IMG/VR virus record: IMGVR_UViG_3300021399_000147
Span: 1-64,000 of that record
Origin: a virus
Lineage: Duplodnaviria; Caudoviricetes
Length of the DNA stretch: 64,000 nucleotides
Reading direction: 5' to 3' (one strand)
The translations under genes were made by a program, and so were the position numbers. Below the pieces are notes generated by a model. The model had not been told where the DNA came from. It did not search any database and saw only the letters and a program-made list of their open reading frames with translations. Positions 44,134 to 54,800 of this stretch are shown in pieces. Each line of letters begins with the position of its first letter. The stretch's first letter is position 1.

Positions 44134-45909
44134 ATGAGCTTATGGGACAAATTGAAAGGAGCATGGCGAAAAATGCTGAAACGTGAGGTAATAGAAAAAG
44201 TCTTATCTGTAAAGACCGCTGTTTCTGATGACATGGTAAACAGTATTCAGTTATGGTCACAGATGTATGAAGGTAGAGCCCCATGGTTAAAAAATCCTGA
44301 ACCTGGCAATCCTGAGAGAGTAGTTTCTTTAGGACTGCCAGCACTTATAGCTAGTGAGAAAGCTAGAATGGTGACTCTTGAAATGGAGAGTGAGATTACA
44401 CCTCCAATGAAGGATGTAGAGAAAGTCAATCCTGATTATGTGCCGCCTTCTGTTGATGCCGAAACAGGTGAAGTCAACATGGGTAGAGAAACAATGGTAA
44501 TCACAGAACCTGAACCTGATGGTCCTACTGAGAGAGCAAACTTCTTGAATGATGCTTACCAGAATAAATTGTTGAAGCATATAAGAAGGCAGATAGAATA
44601 TGGAATAGCTAAAGGTGGTCTAGTAATCAAACCTTATGTTATTCAGTATGAAGAAGGCTCACCTACTATTGAAGATGATGAGGATAAAGATAGATTATCA
44701 GCAGAAAAGCCTTTACCTAAGTATGAGATAGAGTTTGACTTTGTACAGGCTGATAGATTCTATCCTCTGTCTTTTGATAACAACGGAAAGATAACTGAGG
44801 CAGCTTTTATTCAGACTAAAGTAGATAATGATAAAGTATATACGCGCCTGGAGCATCATATACTTATCGGAAGAACTGTAACAGTAAGAAACTATGCTTT
44901 TGTTAATTCTAATGATAGCAATCGAATATGGTACAAGACGGCTAATGATTTAGGTAAGCCTTGTAAATTGTCTGAGGTAGCTGAATGGGCTAATCTTCAG
45001 GAAGAGGTAACAATCAAGAATGTAGACAGACCTTTGTTTGCATATTTCAAGATGCCTGAAGCTAATACGATAGACCCATATTCGCCACTTGGTGTATCAG
45101 CTTATAGCCGAGTTATTTCTCTTATCAGAGATGCCGACGAACAGTATTCAAGAATGCTGTGGGAGTTTGAAGGTGGAGAACTTGCTATTGATGTAGACAG
45201 AGATGCCTTAAAGATACAGGAGTATCAGAATGGTCAGCATCAAACAGTATTACCTACAAAACAAGAACGTTTGTTCAGAAAGGTAGACTTGAATAGTGAA
45301 GAAACATACAATGTCTTTGCCCCTACACTTAGGGATGAGTCTATTTCTCATGGATTGAACGTTATTCTTACAAGAATAGAAGATGTTGTAGGATTTAGTC
45401 GAGGCACACTTTCAGAAGAAGCCGACGTCAATGCTAAGACCGCTACTGAATTAAAGATAGAGAAGCAGAGAAGCTATGCCACAAATAGAGATATTCAGTT
45501 AGCATTGGAAGATGCACTTAGAGATGCTATCTATGCTATGGATGTATATTGCACTCTATACAAAGTAACACCGCCTGGGGAATATGAGGTATCATTTGAA
45601 TGGGATGATTCTATCATAGTAGATACTGAGGCAGAGTTAGAGAAACGTCTTACAATGGTAAACGCTGGCATCACATCTAAGCTAGAAACAAGAATGTGGT
45701 ACTTCGGTGAAACTGAGAATCAGGCAAAAGCCGCATTACAGAAAGTTGAAGATGAGAAGAAACAGAGCATGGAAACTAATATTCAAGCTCAGGCACAGCT
45801 TGGTGATGTAGCTCAAGGTAAAGACTTCTCAGGTAATAACAATAATCCAAACACTCAGCAGAAGGCATTTAATAACGCTGAAAAAACTTCTGCCAAAGTT
45901 GTTGGATAA
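44134..45909 (+). CDS. Portal protein (A118/SPP1-like)
   Basis: Position after terL; LPALIASEKAR, YFKMP.AN, D..YSR..WEFE, TATE, FEWDDSI. Confidence 0.85.
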   Translation: MSLWDKLKGAWRKMLKREVIEKVLSVKTAVSDDMVNSIQLWSQMYEGRAPWLKNPEPGNPERVVSLGLPALIASEKARMVTLEMESEITPPMKDVEKVNPDYVPPSVDAETGEVNMGRETMVITEPEPDGPTERANFLNDAYQNKLLKHIRRQIEYGIAKGGLVIKPYVIQYEEGSPTIEDDEDKDRLSAEKPLPKYEIEFDFVQADRFYPLSFDNNGKITEAAFIQTKVDNDKVYTRLEHHILIGRTVTVRNYAFVNSNDSNRIWYKTANDLGKPCKLSEVAEWANLQEEVTIKNVDRPLFAYFKMPEANTIDPYSPLGVSAYSRVISLIRDADEQYSRMLWEFEGGELAIDVDRDALKIQEYQNGQHQTVLPTKQERLFRKVDLNSEETYNVFAPTLRDESISHGLNVILTRIEDVVGFSRGTLSEEADVNAKTATELKIEKQRSYATNRDIQLALEDALRDAIYAMDVYCTLYKVTPPGEYEVSFEWDDSIIVDTEAELEKRLTMVNAGITSKLETRMWYFGETENQAKAALQKVEDEKKQSMETNIQAQAQLGDVAQGKDFSGNNNNPNTQQKAFNNAEKTSAKVVG

Positions 45910-45915
45910 TTAGTA

Positions 45916-45944
45916 TTTACACGCTAGAAAATATGTTCTATAAT
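45916..45944 (+). promoter_or_regulatory. sigmaA-type promoter for the capsid operon
   Basis: TTTACA-17 bp-TATAAT. Confidence 0.7.
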
Positions 45945-46160
45945 GAATGTGGGCAAGATGTAGATATTTGCCATATCCTGACCCTCCTAAAAGTGTTAAC
46001 GGTAGTGCTGCCACTGCCGTTAACTAGGGTAATAACTCTGTAATGAGATTATTATAAATAAGTCTTGCAATCGGACATTTAAACGATTGTACATTCCAGT
46101 GTAGAAAGTGACTACACATTTAAACAACAAACTGATAGAAGAATGTAGAAGGAGAAAAGT

Positions 46161-46832
46161 ATGTTACTAAAAGAAATTTTTGACAAGGCTACTTCCGAAA
46201 ACAAGTCTTTAACTTGGGAGGAATTTGAAGCACTTGCGAAGGAAAACAAAGCAAAGTTTACAGACCTATCTGAGGGTAGATATGTAGACAGGCAGAAGTA
46301 TGAGGATGACCTTGCTAAAAAGGACACAGAGATTACATCTCTGAATGACACTATCACAACCAGAAACAATGATTTAGAAACATTGAAAACACAGTTAGCT
46401 GAGGCAGGAAGTGATGCTGGAAAGCTAGACGAGCTTAATGCTAGTCTTGTTGCTTTACAGTCCAAGTATGATGCTGACACCGCAGCCCTACAGGGTAAAC
46501 TTTCAGCACAGGCTTATGAGTTTGCAGTTCGTGATTTTGCAGGTAAACAGAAATTCTCTAGCAATGCCGCTCGTAGAGATTTTGAAAGAGCGTTGATAGA
46601 AAAACATCTTCCTATGGAAGATAAAGCAATACTTGGGGCAGATGATTTCTTGAAAGTATATGCAAAAGCTGACCCAACTGCTTTTGTAGTTAAAGAGACC
46701 GCTCCAAAAACACCAGCTCCAGAATTTGCAGGAAGTGCAACTGGAACAAAGCCAAGTGGAAGTAAAATGACTTTATCAGAAATGATGAAGGCTAAAAATG
46801 AAAACCCAGATTTTGTTGTAAATTTTGATTAA
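46161..46832 (+). CDS. Capsid scaffolding protein
   Basis: Coiled coil, GRYVD..KY, acidic; immediately before capsid gene. Confidence 0.75.
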   Translation: MLLKEIFDKATSENKSLTWEEFEALAKENKAKFTDLSEGRYVDRQKYEDDLAKKDTEITSLNDTITTRNNDLETLKTQLAEAGSDAGKLDELNASLVALQSKYDADTAALQGKLSAQAYEFAVRDFAGKQKFSSNAARRDFERALIEKHLPMEDKAILGADDFLKVYAKADPTAFVVKETAPKTPAPEFAGSATGTKPSGSKMTLSEMMKAKNENPDFVVNFD

Positions 46833-46848
46833 CCGAAAGGAGTAAATT

Positions 46849-47928
46849 ATGGGATTATTTGACGCAAAGCTGTTTAACGGCGAGGTATTCCAGAAGTATG
46901 TTGACAGAGTACCTAATGTACATCTTAATGAACTTATTAAGTCAGGTGCAATCGTAGCAAGACCAGAGCTTGCAAGTGCAATGGCAGACCAGATTGGTGG
47001 TAACTACTTGACAACACCTCTTAAGGGTCTCATCAATCACACAGTACCACTTAACTATGATGGTACTACAGATATTACATCTGAAAGCACACAGACATAT
47101 TCACATTCCAGAGTAGTAGTTGGTCGTGCGGCAGCATGGACAGAGAAAGACTTCTCATATGATATTACAGGCGGAGTAGATTTCATGCAGAATGTAGCTG
47201 AACAGGTTTCAGAGTACTGGGATGAAATTGACCAGAAAACACTTGTTAATATCATGAATGGTATCTTCTCTATGGATTCATCTGTTGAAGCTAATGCAGA
47301 ATTTGTAGAGGAACATACATCTGATATTACAGGTGTAACAAATAGCGAAGGCGTAGTTGGTTACATGGACGGCTCATCTCTTAACTCAGCTATGCAGAAA
47401 GCATCTGGTGACCACAAGAATCAGTTCAGTCTTTGCTTGATGCATTCCGCTGTTGCTACACATCTTGAAAACTTAAAGGTACTTACATACCTTAAATACA
47501 ATGATGCTAATGGTATTGAGAGAGACCTTAACATTGGTACTCTGAACGGAAGAATGGTAATCATTGATGATGATATGCCTGTAATTACAACAGGAGAAGG
47601 TGCATCAGCAGTTAAGAAGTATGTAACTTATGTATTCGGTAAGGGTGCAATTGAGTTTACAAACTGCGGTGCTAAAGTTCCTTACGAAATGAGCAGAGAC
47701 CCTAAGACTAACGGTGGTCAGGATACACTGTATTCAAGACAGAGAAAGTGCTGGTCACCATATGGTATCAGCTTTACAGGTATCAACGAAATTGCAACAC
47801 CTTCACCTACAGATGCAGAGCTTGCAACAGGTAGCTTCTGGAATCTTGTTAGCACAGGTGGAACAAGCAATATCAAGTATATTGCTCACAAGGCTATTCC
47901 TATCGCAAGAATGATTTCACTTGGTTGA
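46849..47928 (+). CDS. Major capsid protein
   Basis: FNGEVF..YV, GR..AW.EKDF, YW..IDQ, GGQDTLYSR, KAIPIAR.ISLG. Confidence 0.85.
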   Translation: MGLFDAKLFNGEVFQKYVDRVPNVHLNELIKSGAIVARPELASAMADQIGGNYLTTPLKGLINHTVPLNYDGTTDITSESTQTYSHSRVVVGRAAAWTEKDFSYDITGGVDFMQNVAEQVSEYWDEIDQKTLVNIMNGIFSMDSSVEANAEFVEEHTSDITGVTNSEGVVGYMDGSSLNSAMQKASGDHKNQFSLCLMHSAVATHLENLKVLTYLKYNDANGIERDLNIGTLNGRMVIIDDDMPVITTGEGASAVKKYVTYVFGKGAIEFTNCGAKVPYEMSRDPKTNGGQDTLYSRQRKCWSPYGISFTGINEIATPSPTDAELATGSFWNLVSTGGTSNIKYIAHKAIPIARMISLG

Positions 47929-47985
47929 TAGTTAGCATTCCTTCATACACCCTAAATTCTTTTCCTCAGAAAGGCGGATTTAACT

Positions 47986-48432
47986 ATGTATCTATCATTT
48001 TCAGAATATCAAGAATATGGCGGAACATTGGAAGAATCCGCCTTTCAAGATTTAGAGTTTGATGCAGAAAGCACAATAAACTGGTATACATTCAATCGTC
48101 TGAAAAGACCTGAATGGCAATCTGTTTTAGAAACTGATGAACTAAAAAGATGTATGTATCAGCTTATCAGATTAAAGCAGATGGAAAATGAACTGTTAGC
48201 TTCAAGCTCAGGTGGTGCTGGATGGGGTGTAGGTTGGACTAAAGAAGCCGGAATAACTCAGGAGACTAATGATGGAGTATCAACTAGCTATAACACTATG
48301 AGTAGTGGGGAGCTAATGAATTACTTTAATGGTACAAAAACAAAGTCAGACCTGATTGACAAATATTTAGGTAGCATAGTGAATGATTTAGGTAGGAGTA
48401 TTCTTTATAGGGGCATCTATAAGGGAGAGTAA
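47986..48432 (+). CDS. Head-tail connector/adaptor
   Basis: MYLSFSEYQEYGG, ETNDGVS.SY, LYRG end. Confidence 0.7.
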   Translation: MYLSFSEYQEYGGTLEESAFQDLEFDAESTINWYTFNRLKRPEWQSVLETDELKRCMYQLIRLKQMENELLASSSGGAGWGVGWTKEAGITQETNDGVSTSYNTMSSGELMNYFNGTKTKSDLIDKYLGSIVNDLGRSILYRGIYKGE

Positions 48433-48436
48433 ACGT

Positions 48437-48769
48437 ATGTATGGATATATATTTTTAACAGAGAATAAATTGACAGGTAAGAAATATATAGGTCAGTATG
48501 CATCTGTTAAGTTCGATAAAAAGTATCTCGGAAATGCGCCTGCATTGATTTCTGACGTTGCAATTCATGGAAGTGATAATTTCTCAGTTAGAATGTTAAG
48601 GGCGTGTGAATCGAAGCCAGAATACGAAGGAGCATATGAAGCTATTTTAGCCGAGTACAATGCACTTTCAGATAGTAACTACTACAATTGTGAGAAGGCT
48701 GAACCTGAAACTACAGAAGAACAGCCGAAGAAATCACGTAAGAGAAAGAAAGAAGAAGTAGAAGAATGA
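48437..48769 (+). CDS. GIY-YIG domain protein, probably degenerate
   Basis: YGYIFLTEN..TGKKYIGQ, FDKKYLG, G.DNF, YYN. Confidence 0.65.
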   Translation: MYGYIFLTENKLTGKKYIGQYASVKFDKKYLGNAPALISDVAIHGSDNFSVRMLRACESKPEYEGAYEAILAEYNALSDSNYYNCEKAEPETTEEQPKKSRKRKKEEVEE

Positions 48770-49212
48770 ACAGATACCCCTCATGGTGGGACGACACTAT
48801 AACTTTATATAATAAGTATACGGATCCTACTACTAAGAAGGTGAAGTGGTATCGTCATGTTATTACTGATTGTTTCTATAAACATACTGTTGAAAAGATT
48901 ACAGTTGGTAATACTACTTTGGATTCTAACTCTTCTATTTGCCGCATTCGTGTTTCTGATAATTTTATTGATAAAAAGTCATGGATGAAACTAGATGATT
49001 CTGAAAGAGCTGAAAAATTTACCTTGAGTGCTGGAGATATTATAGTAGCTGATGAGGTAGATTTTCAGATAGATGATTACACTTCAGGAAGTCGTTCATC
49101 TGACTTAATAAAAGAGAACAAAGAGTGGCCAGGCTGCTTTACAGTAGAAACTGTAAACATAAATGTCGGTGGTGGAAGAGGTAATGAACATTACCATGTA
49201 CGAGGTGTTTAA
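48766..49212 (+). CDS. Head closure / minor capsid-type protein
   Basis: TITLYNK...W.R; synteny. Confidence 0.6.
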   Translation: MNRYPSWWDDTITLYNKYTDPTTKKVKWYRHVITDCFYKHTVEKITVGNTTLDSNSSICRIRVSDNFIDKKSWMKLDDSERAEKFTLSAGDIIVADEVDFQIDDYTSGSRSSDLIKENKEWPGCFTVETVNINVGGGRGNEHYHVRGV

Positions 49213-49214
49213 CT

Positions 49215-49613
49215 ATGCCTAGTATTTATGTGAGCTTCGATAATAAAGCTATGAATAAATATCTTACAGAAACTCTTGGTAATAAAGCTAAGATGTTAGA
49301 TGAAGATATGAATTTAAGAAATGCTGCCGCAGGTCAGTATGCCGCATATGTCAGCAAGTATGTTCCTTTAGGTAAAACTGGCAGATTAAGACAAGCCAAA
49401 GTTAAAGATGGCGAAGTAAGATATTCAGCTATTGCGATAAAGAAAGATGGTACAAGATATGACTATGCAGAAACGCAATATAATGGACCTGATTGGTGGG
49501 AAAGACGTACACCGGGTACATATAGTCATTGGAACAGACATATGACTACTGCTGAAAGACAAGCATTTTATGATGATGTAAAACAGATGTTGCTGGAGAA
49601 GATGAATAGATGA
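49215..49613 (+). CDS. Head-tail joining / minor capsid-type protein
   Basis: YVP..TG.LR, YA..QY, W; synteny. Confidence 0.6.
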   Translation: MPSIYVSFDNKAMNKYLTETLGNKAKMLDEDMNLRNAAAGQYAAYVSKYVPLGKTGRLRQAKVKDGEVRYSAIAIKKDGTRYDYAETQYNGPDWWERRTPGTYSHWNRHMTTAERQAFYDDVKQMLLEKMNR

Positions 49614-50086
49614 GCGATAAAAATAAAGCAATGATAAGTTTCCTATTAAGGTGTCCTATTATACAGGAAAATCCTCTATTCTTTAACTTTGCAGATGAAG
49701 AGGACGGCAACAATCATTTTATTACAGAAAAAGATAGTAAAATAAAGCGTTATATTGACGGCAGTGAGTTAAAACAGTATACTTTTACTATAGCCAGTTA
49801 TTATTCTGTATCGCATAATGCCATATTAACGAATGAGGGGGAGATTTATGATGCGAATATCGAAAATATGGCAAAGATACAGGAAATACTTGATTGGATA
49901 AATGAGCAAGCAGATAACGAAGAATATCCTGATTTTGGGGAAAATTGTGAGATTGATGAAATGGAAACTCTTACAATAGACCCCGATATAGATGGAATTG
50001 ATACTTCTGTTAATCCTCCCGTAGCAAGGTATTCAGTCGGTGTAAAACTGAAATACCTAGATAAATCAAAACAAGTTTGGAAATAA
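49610..50086 (+). CDS. Tail terminator-like protein
   Basis: YIDGS...Y.F, ARYS; synteny before major tail protein. Confidence 0.6.
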   Translation: MSDKNKAMISFLLRCPIIQENPLFFNFADEEDGNNHFITEKDSKIKRYIDGSELKQYTFTIASYYSVSHNAILTNEGEIYDANIENMAKIQEILDWINEQADNEEYPDFGENCEIDEMETLTIDPDIDGIDTSVNPPVARYSVGVKLKYLDKSKQVWK

Positions 50087-50100
50087 GAAAGGAGTTAACT

Positions 50101-50619
50101 ATGGCAGAGCAGTTTAATCTTAACAATGGCCAGAGAGCCGAGAGAAAACTTCTCATCACAGTAGCAGAATGGACTGAGGGTACAAGTAAGGTAAGAGAGT
50201 TTCTTGGTACTAGAACAGAGGATTCATCTATTGAGTATAACTCAGAGATTAACACAACTACTGATGTACTTGGAAACAACTATACAGACCTTGAGAGAAC
50301 TCAGCCTGAACAGACATTCGACGAATCACCTATTATTGGTGGTGAAAAGCTGAAGGTGCTTCTGAATGACATTCGTAGAAGAAATGCTATTTCAGAGCTT
50401 AACCAGTTCACAATCTATGTTATCACAGCATTTGTAGGTGATGCTACAAAGGGTTATGCCGCTGAGAAACATGATGATTGCACAATCACATATGATTCAA
50501 TCGGTGGTGATACAAAGATTAACTTCCCTTATACTGTACACTTCTCTAACAAGATTACAACAGGTACAGTTGATAAGTTGGCAGATGACTTTGTGTTCAC
50601 AGCTGATGCAACAGTCTAA
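50101..50619 (+). CDS. Major tail protein
   Basis: LG..TEDSSIEYN, DVLGN, GG; ATG 50101 after AAAGGAG. Confidence 0.75.
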   Translation: MAEQFNLNNGQRAERKLLITVAEWTEGTSKVREFLGTRTEDSSIEYNSEINTTTDVLGNNYTDLERTQPEQTFDESPIIGGEKLKVLLNDIRRRNAISELNQFTIYVITAFVGDATKGYAAEKHDDCTITYDSIGGDTKINFPYTVHFSNKITTGTVDKLADDFVFTADATV

Positions 50620-50638
50620 TAATTAGGAGGGAAAAGAT

Positions 50639-51262
50639 ATGACAAAATCTACATCAAAACTCTTTGAAAATGAAGAGCCAAAGCCAATGCAGGAAGATGC
50701 TATGAATACTCCTGTAGAAGAAAAAGAGGTTGAAGAGAGTGTACCTGAAAAGAAAGCAGAAGTTGTGAAGATGCCTTCTGCCACTGATGATGACATTCAG
50801 GATATCAATCTTTCTGCAATCAAAAAGAAAAGATTCAGGATTAACGGAGACAGCAATAAAATCCTTGAACTCAACACAAGTGATATGAATATTGCATCCA
50901 GACTTGCTATTGCTTATGAAAGATTACAGACATACATGGAAGATGTAAGCAAAGTGTTGGGAGAAGTTCCTGAAGAGACTGATGATATTTCAAAAGAACA
51001 GGAAACATTAGCTACAACAGAATTAGCTAAGATTGATGCAAAGATGAAACAGGAAATTGATTACATCTTTGATGCTCCTGTTAGTGAAGTATGCTCAGAT
51101 GGTGGTTCAATGTATGACCCATTTGAAGGTATGTTTAGATTTGAACATATCATTGATGCTTTATCCAAACTCTATGAGAACAACCTCAATTCTGAGTTTA
51201 ATAAGATGAAGCGTAGAGTGTCAGCAAAGACTTCCAAGTATACCAAGAAATATCATAATTGA
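50639..51262 (+). CDS. Tail assembly chaperone
   Basis: Synteny; F.ING, ID.IF. Confidence 0.6.
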   Translation: MTKSTSKLFENEEPKPMQEDAMNTPVEEKEVEESVPEKKAEVVKMPSATDDDIQDINLSAIKKKRFRINGDSNKILELNTSDMNIASRLAIAYERLQTYMEDVSKVLGEVPEETDDISKEQETLATTELAKIDAKMKQEIDYIFDAPVSEVCSDGGSMYDPFEGMFRFEHIIDALSKLYENNLNSEFNKMKRRVSAKTSKYTKKYHN

Positions 51263-51284
51263 AATTGAATAGGAGCCTCCGTGT

Positions 51285-51869
51285 ATGTATGAATTACCTA
51301 CGGAGATAATGATAGAAGAACGTCCGTACCACATACGAAATAACGGGGATTATCGTATGGTATTGGACGTTTTTTCCGTTTTAGAGGATGAAGAACTAAA
51401 TCAGGAAGAACGACTTATCTCCGCTTTAATTATATTTTATGAAGATTATAACGAGATTGAAGATGTATATGCTGATATAGACAATATAGCAGAATTACTC
51501 AAACAGATGTTCTGGTTTTTACGTGGTGGTAAAGATGAAGATGATTCAAACACTAAAAACCAAAAACTGATAGATTGGAATGGAGATTCTGATATAATAA
51601 TATCAGCGATAAATAATGTTGCAGGGCGAGAAGTCCGAGCAGAACAATACACCCATTGGTGGACATTCTTAGCATATTATATGGCAATAGGTGATAGTAT
51701 ATTATCAACAGTTGTCGGCATCAGAAATAAAATGATAAGCAGTAAACCTCTCGATAAATGGGAGAGGGAATATCGAAATCGCAATCCCCAATATTTCAAC
51801 TGGCAATATAAAACTACTGATGAAATAGATGCAGAAAAATGGCTAAAGAGTGTATGGAATAAGGAGTAG
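51285..51869 (+). CDS. Gp15-like tail chaperone
   Basis: MYELP..I, DYR, DW..D...I.SA, HWW.F, IR.K. Confidence 0.7.
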   Translation: MYELPTEIMIEERPYHIRNNGDYRMVLDVFSVLEDEELNQEERLISALIIFYEDYNEIEDVYADIDNIAELLKQMFWFLRGGKDEDDSNTKNQKLIDWNGDSDIIISAINNVAGREVRAEQYTHWWTFLAYYMAIGDSILSTVVGIRNKMISSKPLDKWEREYRNRNPQYFNWQYKTTDEIDAEKWLKSVWNKE

Positions 51870-51872
51870 CTT

Positions 51873-54800
51873 ATGGATGATGAAGTAAAAATTCCGGTGA
51901 AATTCCAAGTAGACACCTCAGACTTATCGAAGCTAAAGAGCGAAGTTGATAAGGTTATAGAGTCTGCAAATAGAGCCTCTAAAAGAAGAGGTAAAAATGC
52001 CCTTTCTATCGTAGATAAAGATACAGTCCAAAATAATATAGCTAACTTGACTATATTAGAGGGCGAAATAGCTAAAGTGCAACAGAAAATCTCGGAATTG
52101 TCCAAGACTAGTATAAAAACAGATTTCACTAAAGCTATAAAAGATGTGGAGTACTTCCGAAAGTTAGCAGATAAAGGTATCAAGGACGAAGCTGATGCTC
52201 TTAGGGAACTAAAGAACGCTAGAAAAACAAATTCTAGTGCGAAGAAAAATGAAGAAATAAGAGTTCCTCAAAAAATAGCTGATATACAGGCTAAAGCTAA
52301 GGCGGATAATAGAGAACTTACTGCTCAAGAAAAACAGAAAATAGCTCTTTTAAAAACTGAGGCTACATTACGTTCTAAATTGGCGGCAAATCGACTCTCC
52401 CAAGCTAAGTCATCCTATGATAGTGCAAAGGAAGCGGTTGAAAGTGACAAAGCGAATTTATCAGCCGCAGAACAGCGAAGGGCAGAGCTTAGTGACATTC
52501 TCCGTAGCGAACAAAAGAGTGAGGAGTACAATGAACGTATAAATCAAAGAGTACAGAAATTAAATGGTACTCTTAAACAAACAGCGGAATTATATAGTAA
52601 AATTGCTCAGAATACCGACAAGATAGCTAATGGAACACCTGATGGCACATCTAATTCAAGTAGAGCTAGTTCATCTGCATCTTTAACAAAGCTCATAACA
52701 CAAAATTACAATGAACAGATAAAAGCGTTGAATAGAGAGAAGGCAGCTATACAACAGTCTACTGCTAGATTCTATTACAAACTCCGTGCAGTAAAAATGC
52801 TGGGTTATCAGATTAAAGCATTAGACTCCGCATTAAACAAATTCGGTAAAACTGCTTTAAATGCTTCAAAGACAGCATTAAGTGGATTTTTGAAATTAAC
52901 TAATCCGGTAGCTCTTATAGCTGGCAACTTGAAGAAAGCTACTTCGGCAATGAAGAAATTCAGTCAGGCTACAAAGAGTGCTAAGAAATCACATGATGGA
53001 TTAGGCACATCATTAAAAGGTGCAGTAATGACTTTGTTGAAATATACATTAGGTATAAGGTCATTATATGTACTGTTTAATAAACTCAGAAATGCTATGG
53101 TCTCTGGTATGGAGAATTTAGCACAAGCGTTTGACCCTGTAAATCAGAAAATGTCATCTATTGTCACATCTCTTTTACAGATGAAAAATGCGGTTGCCAC
53201 TGCAGTGGAGCCTATGCTTAGTGTATTAGCTCCTGCACTTGAAAAGATTGCGGCATTAGTTGCTGATATTGCATACAAAATAGCTTCATTTATCGCCGCT
53301 CTTACTGGTAGAAGTTTTGTATACAGAGCAACTAGAGCGCAGGTCGACTATGCTAAATCATTAGAATCTACTGCAAGTGCGGCTAAAGACGTTAACAAGC
53401 AATTGATGGCATTTGATGAACTAAATGTCATCAATACGAATAAAGATAGCGGTAATGGAATGCCTGATGTAGGTAGTATGTTTGAAGAAGTACCTATTGA
53501 CGGTATAATGGCTGACTGGGCAAATAAATTCAAAGAGTTTTTAGACAAGCTATTCAGTCCGATTAAAAAAGCATGGGAAAAAATGAAGGACTTTGTTATA
53601 AAGTCTTGGAAGTATGCATTGAATGAAATGAAACTTCTTGCAGATGCAGTAATGGAAGACTTCTGGGCAGTATGGGGAGAATATGCTACACAAAAAGTCT
53701 TTGAGAATATCTTTAAGATAGTTGGCGACATAGGATTGATTGTAGGCAACATAACACACAATCTCAGAATTGCTTGGAAAGAAAACAAGAATGGTTATAG
53801 AATATTAGCATCTATAAGAGATATTATTCTTGTAATAACCAATCATCTTGTAGACCTGTTTGATTATATGACAGATTGGTCAACAGAGCTTTCCTTTATA
53901 GCAGTATTTAATGCTCTTGCAGATGTGTTAGAAAAACAAGTAGTACCTGCAGTAGATAAGCTCATGGATTTGCTTGTGGTACTGTTTGAGGACATTGTTT
54001 TAGAGTCATTACGCTATATTATAGAAGACCTAATCCCTAAGCTCCTACGAGCATTTGGCAATATTGTTGAAGCTATTGGAAATCTTGCTGAGAACTTTAA
54101 ATCAGCATGGGAAGAAGCTGGAAAAGGTCAAGCTATTGTAGAAAAACTAGAAGAGATAATTTCCTATATAGCAGATGCCATCTATGATTGTACTGAGGCG
54201 ACAAAAGAATTTGCGGCTGAGTTGAACTTTAACCCTCTATTAGAATCTATCAGAGATAATCTTGATAAACTTGAAAGACCTATTAAAGCTATTACAGATG
54301 GCTTTAAATACTTCTATGAAAAAGTATTACTACCTTTCTGGAAATATATCGTAGAAGATGGTTTGCCTAAGTTACTAAATAAATTAGGCGAGATTTCAAA
54401 TAAAATTGATTGGGATGCTTTAACAGAGAAGGTAAATAGATTCTTAGATGCATTTGAACCATTCTTAGAGAAAGTATGGGAGACATTAGTAATAATACTT
54501 GGAGATTTAGGAACTGCTATTGCAAACTTTGTAAACTCTAAAGAATTTGACCATATTGTAGACAAACTCATAGAGTGGATGGACAATGCAGACCCTAATG
54601 AAATGGCAAAGGGAGTAGAAAGTCTTGTAGAAGCATTTATAGGATTCAAAGCATTTACAGGATTTGCATCAGCGGTAACATCAGTATTAACTGGAATCAT
54701 GACATTTGGCAATGTAATTTCTCAAACAGCCATGACTGCTAAATTAAACGAAATCTCCGTTGCGGTAAATAATCTATCAGGTACAACATCTGCATTAGCA

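Noticed and set aside
50639-51869. Programmed -1 frameshift between the tail chaperones
   Set aside because: No clear slippery heptamer near the end of 50639; the second gene has its own ATG and RBS-like sequence
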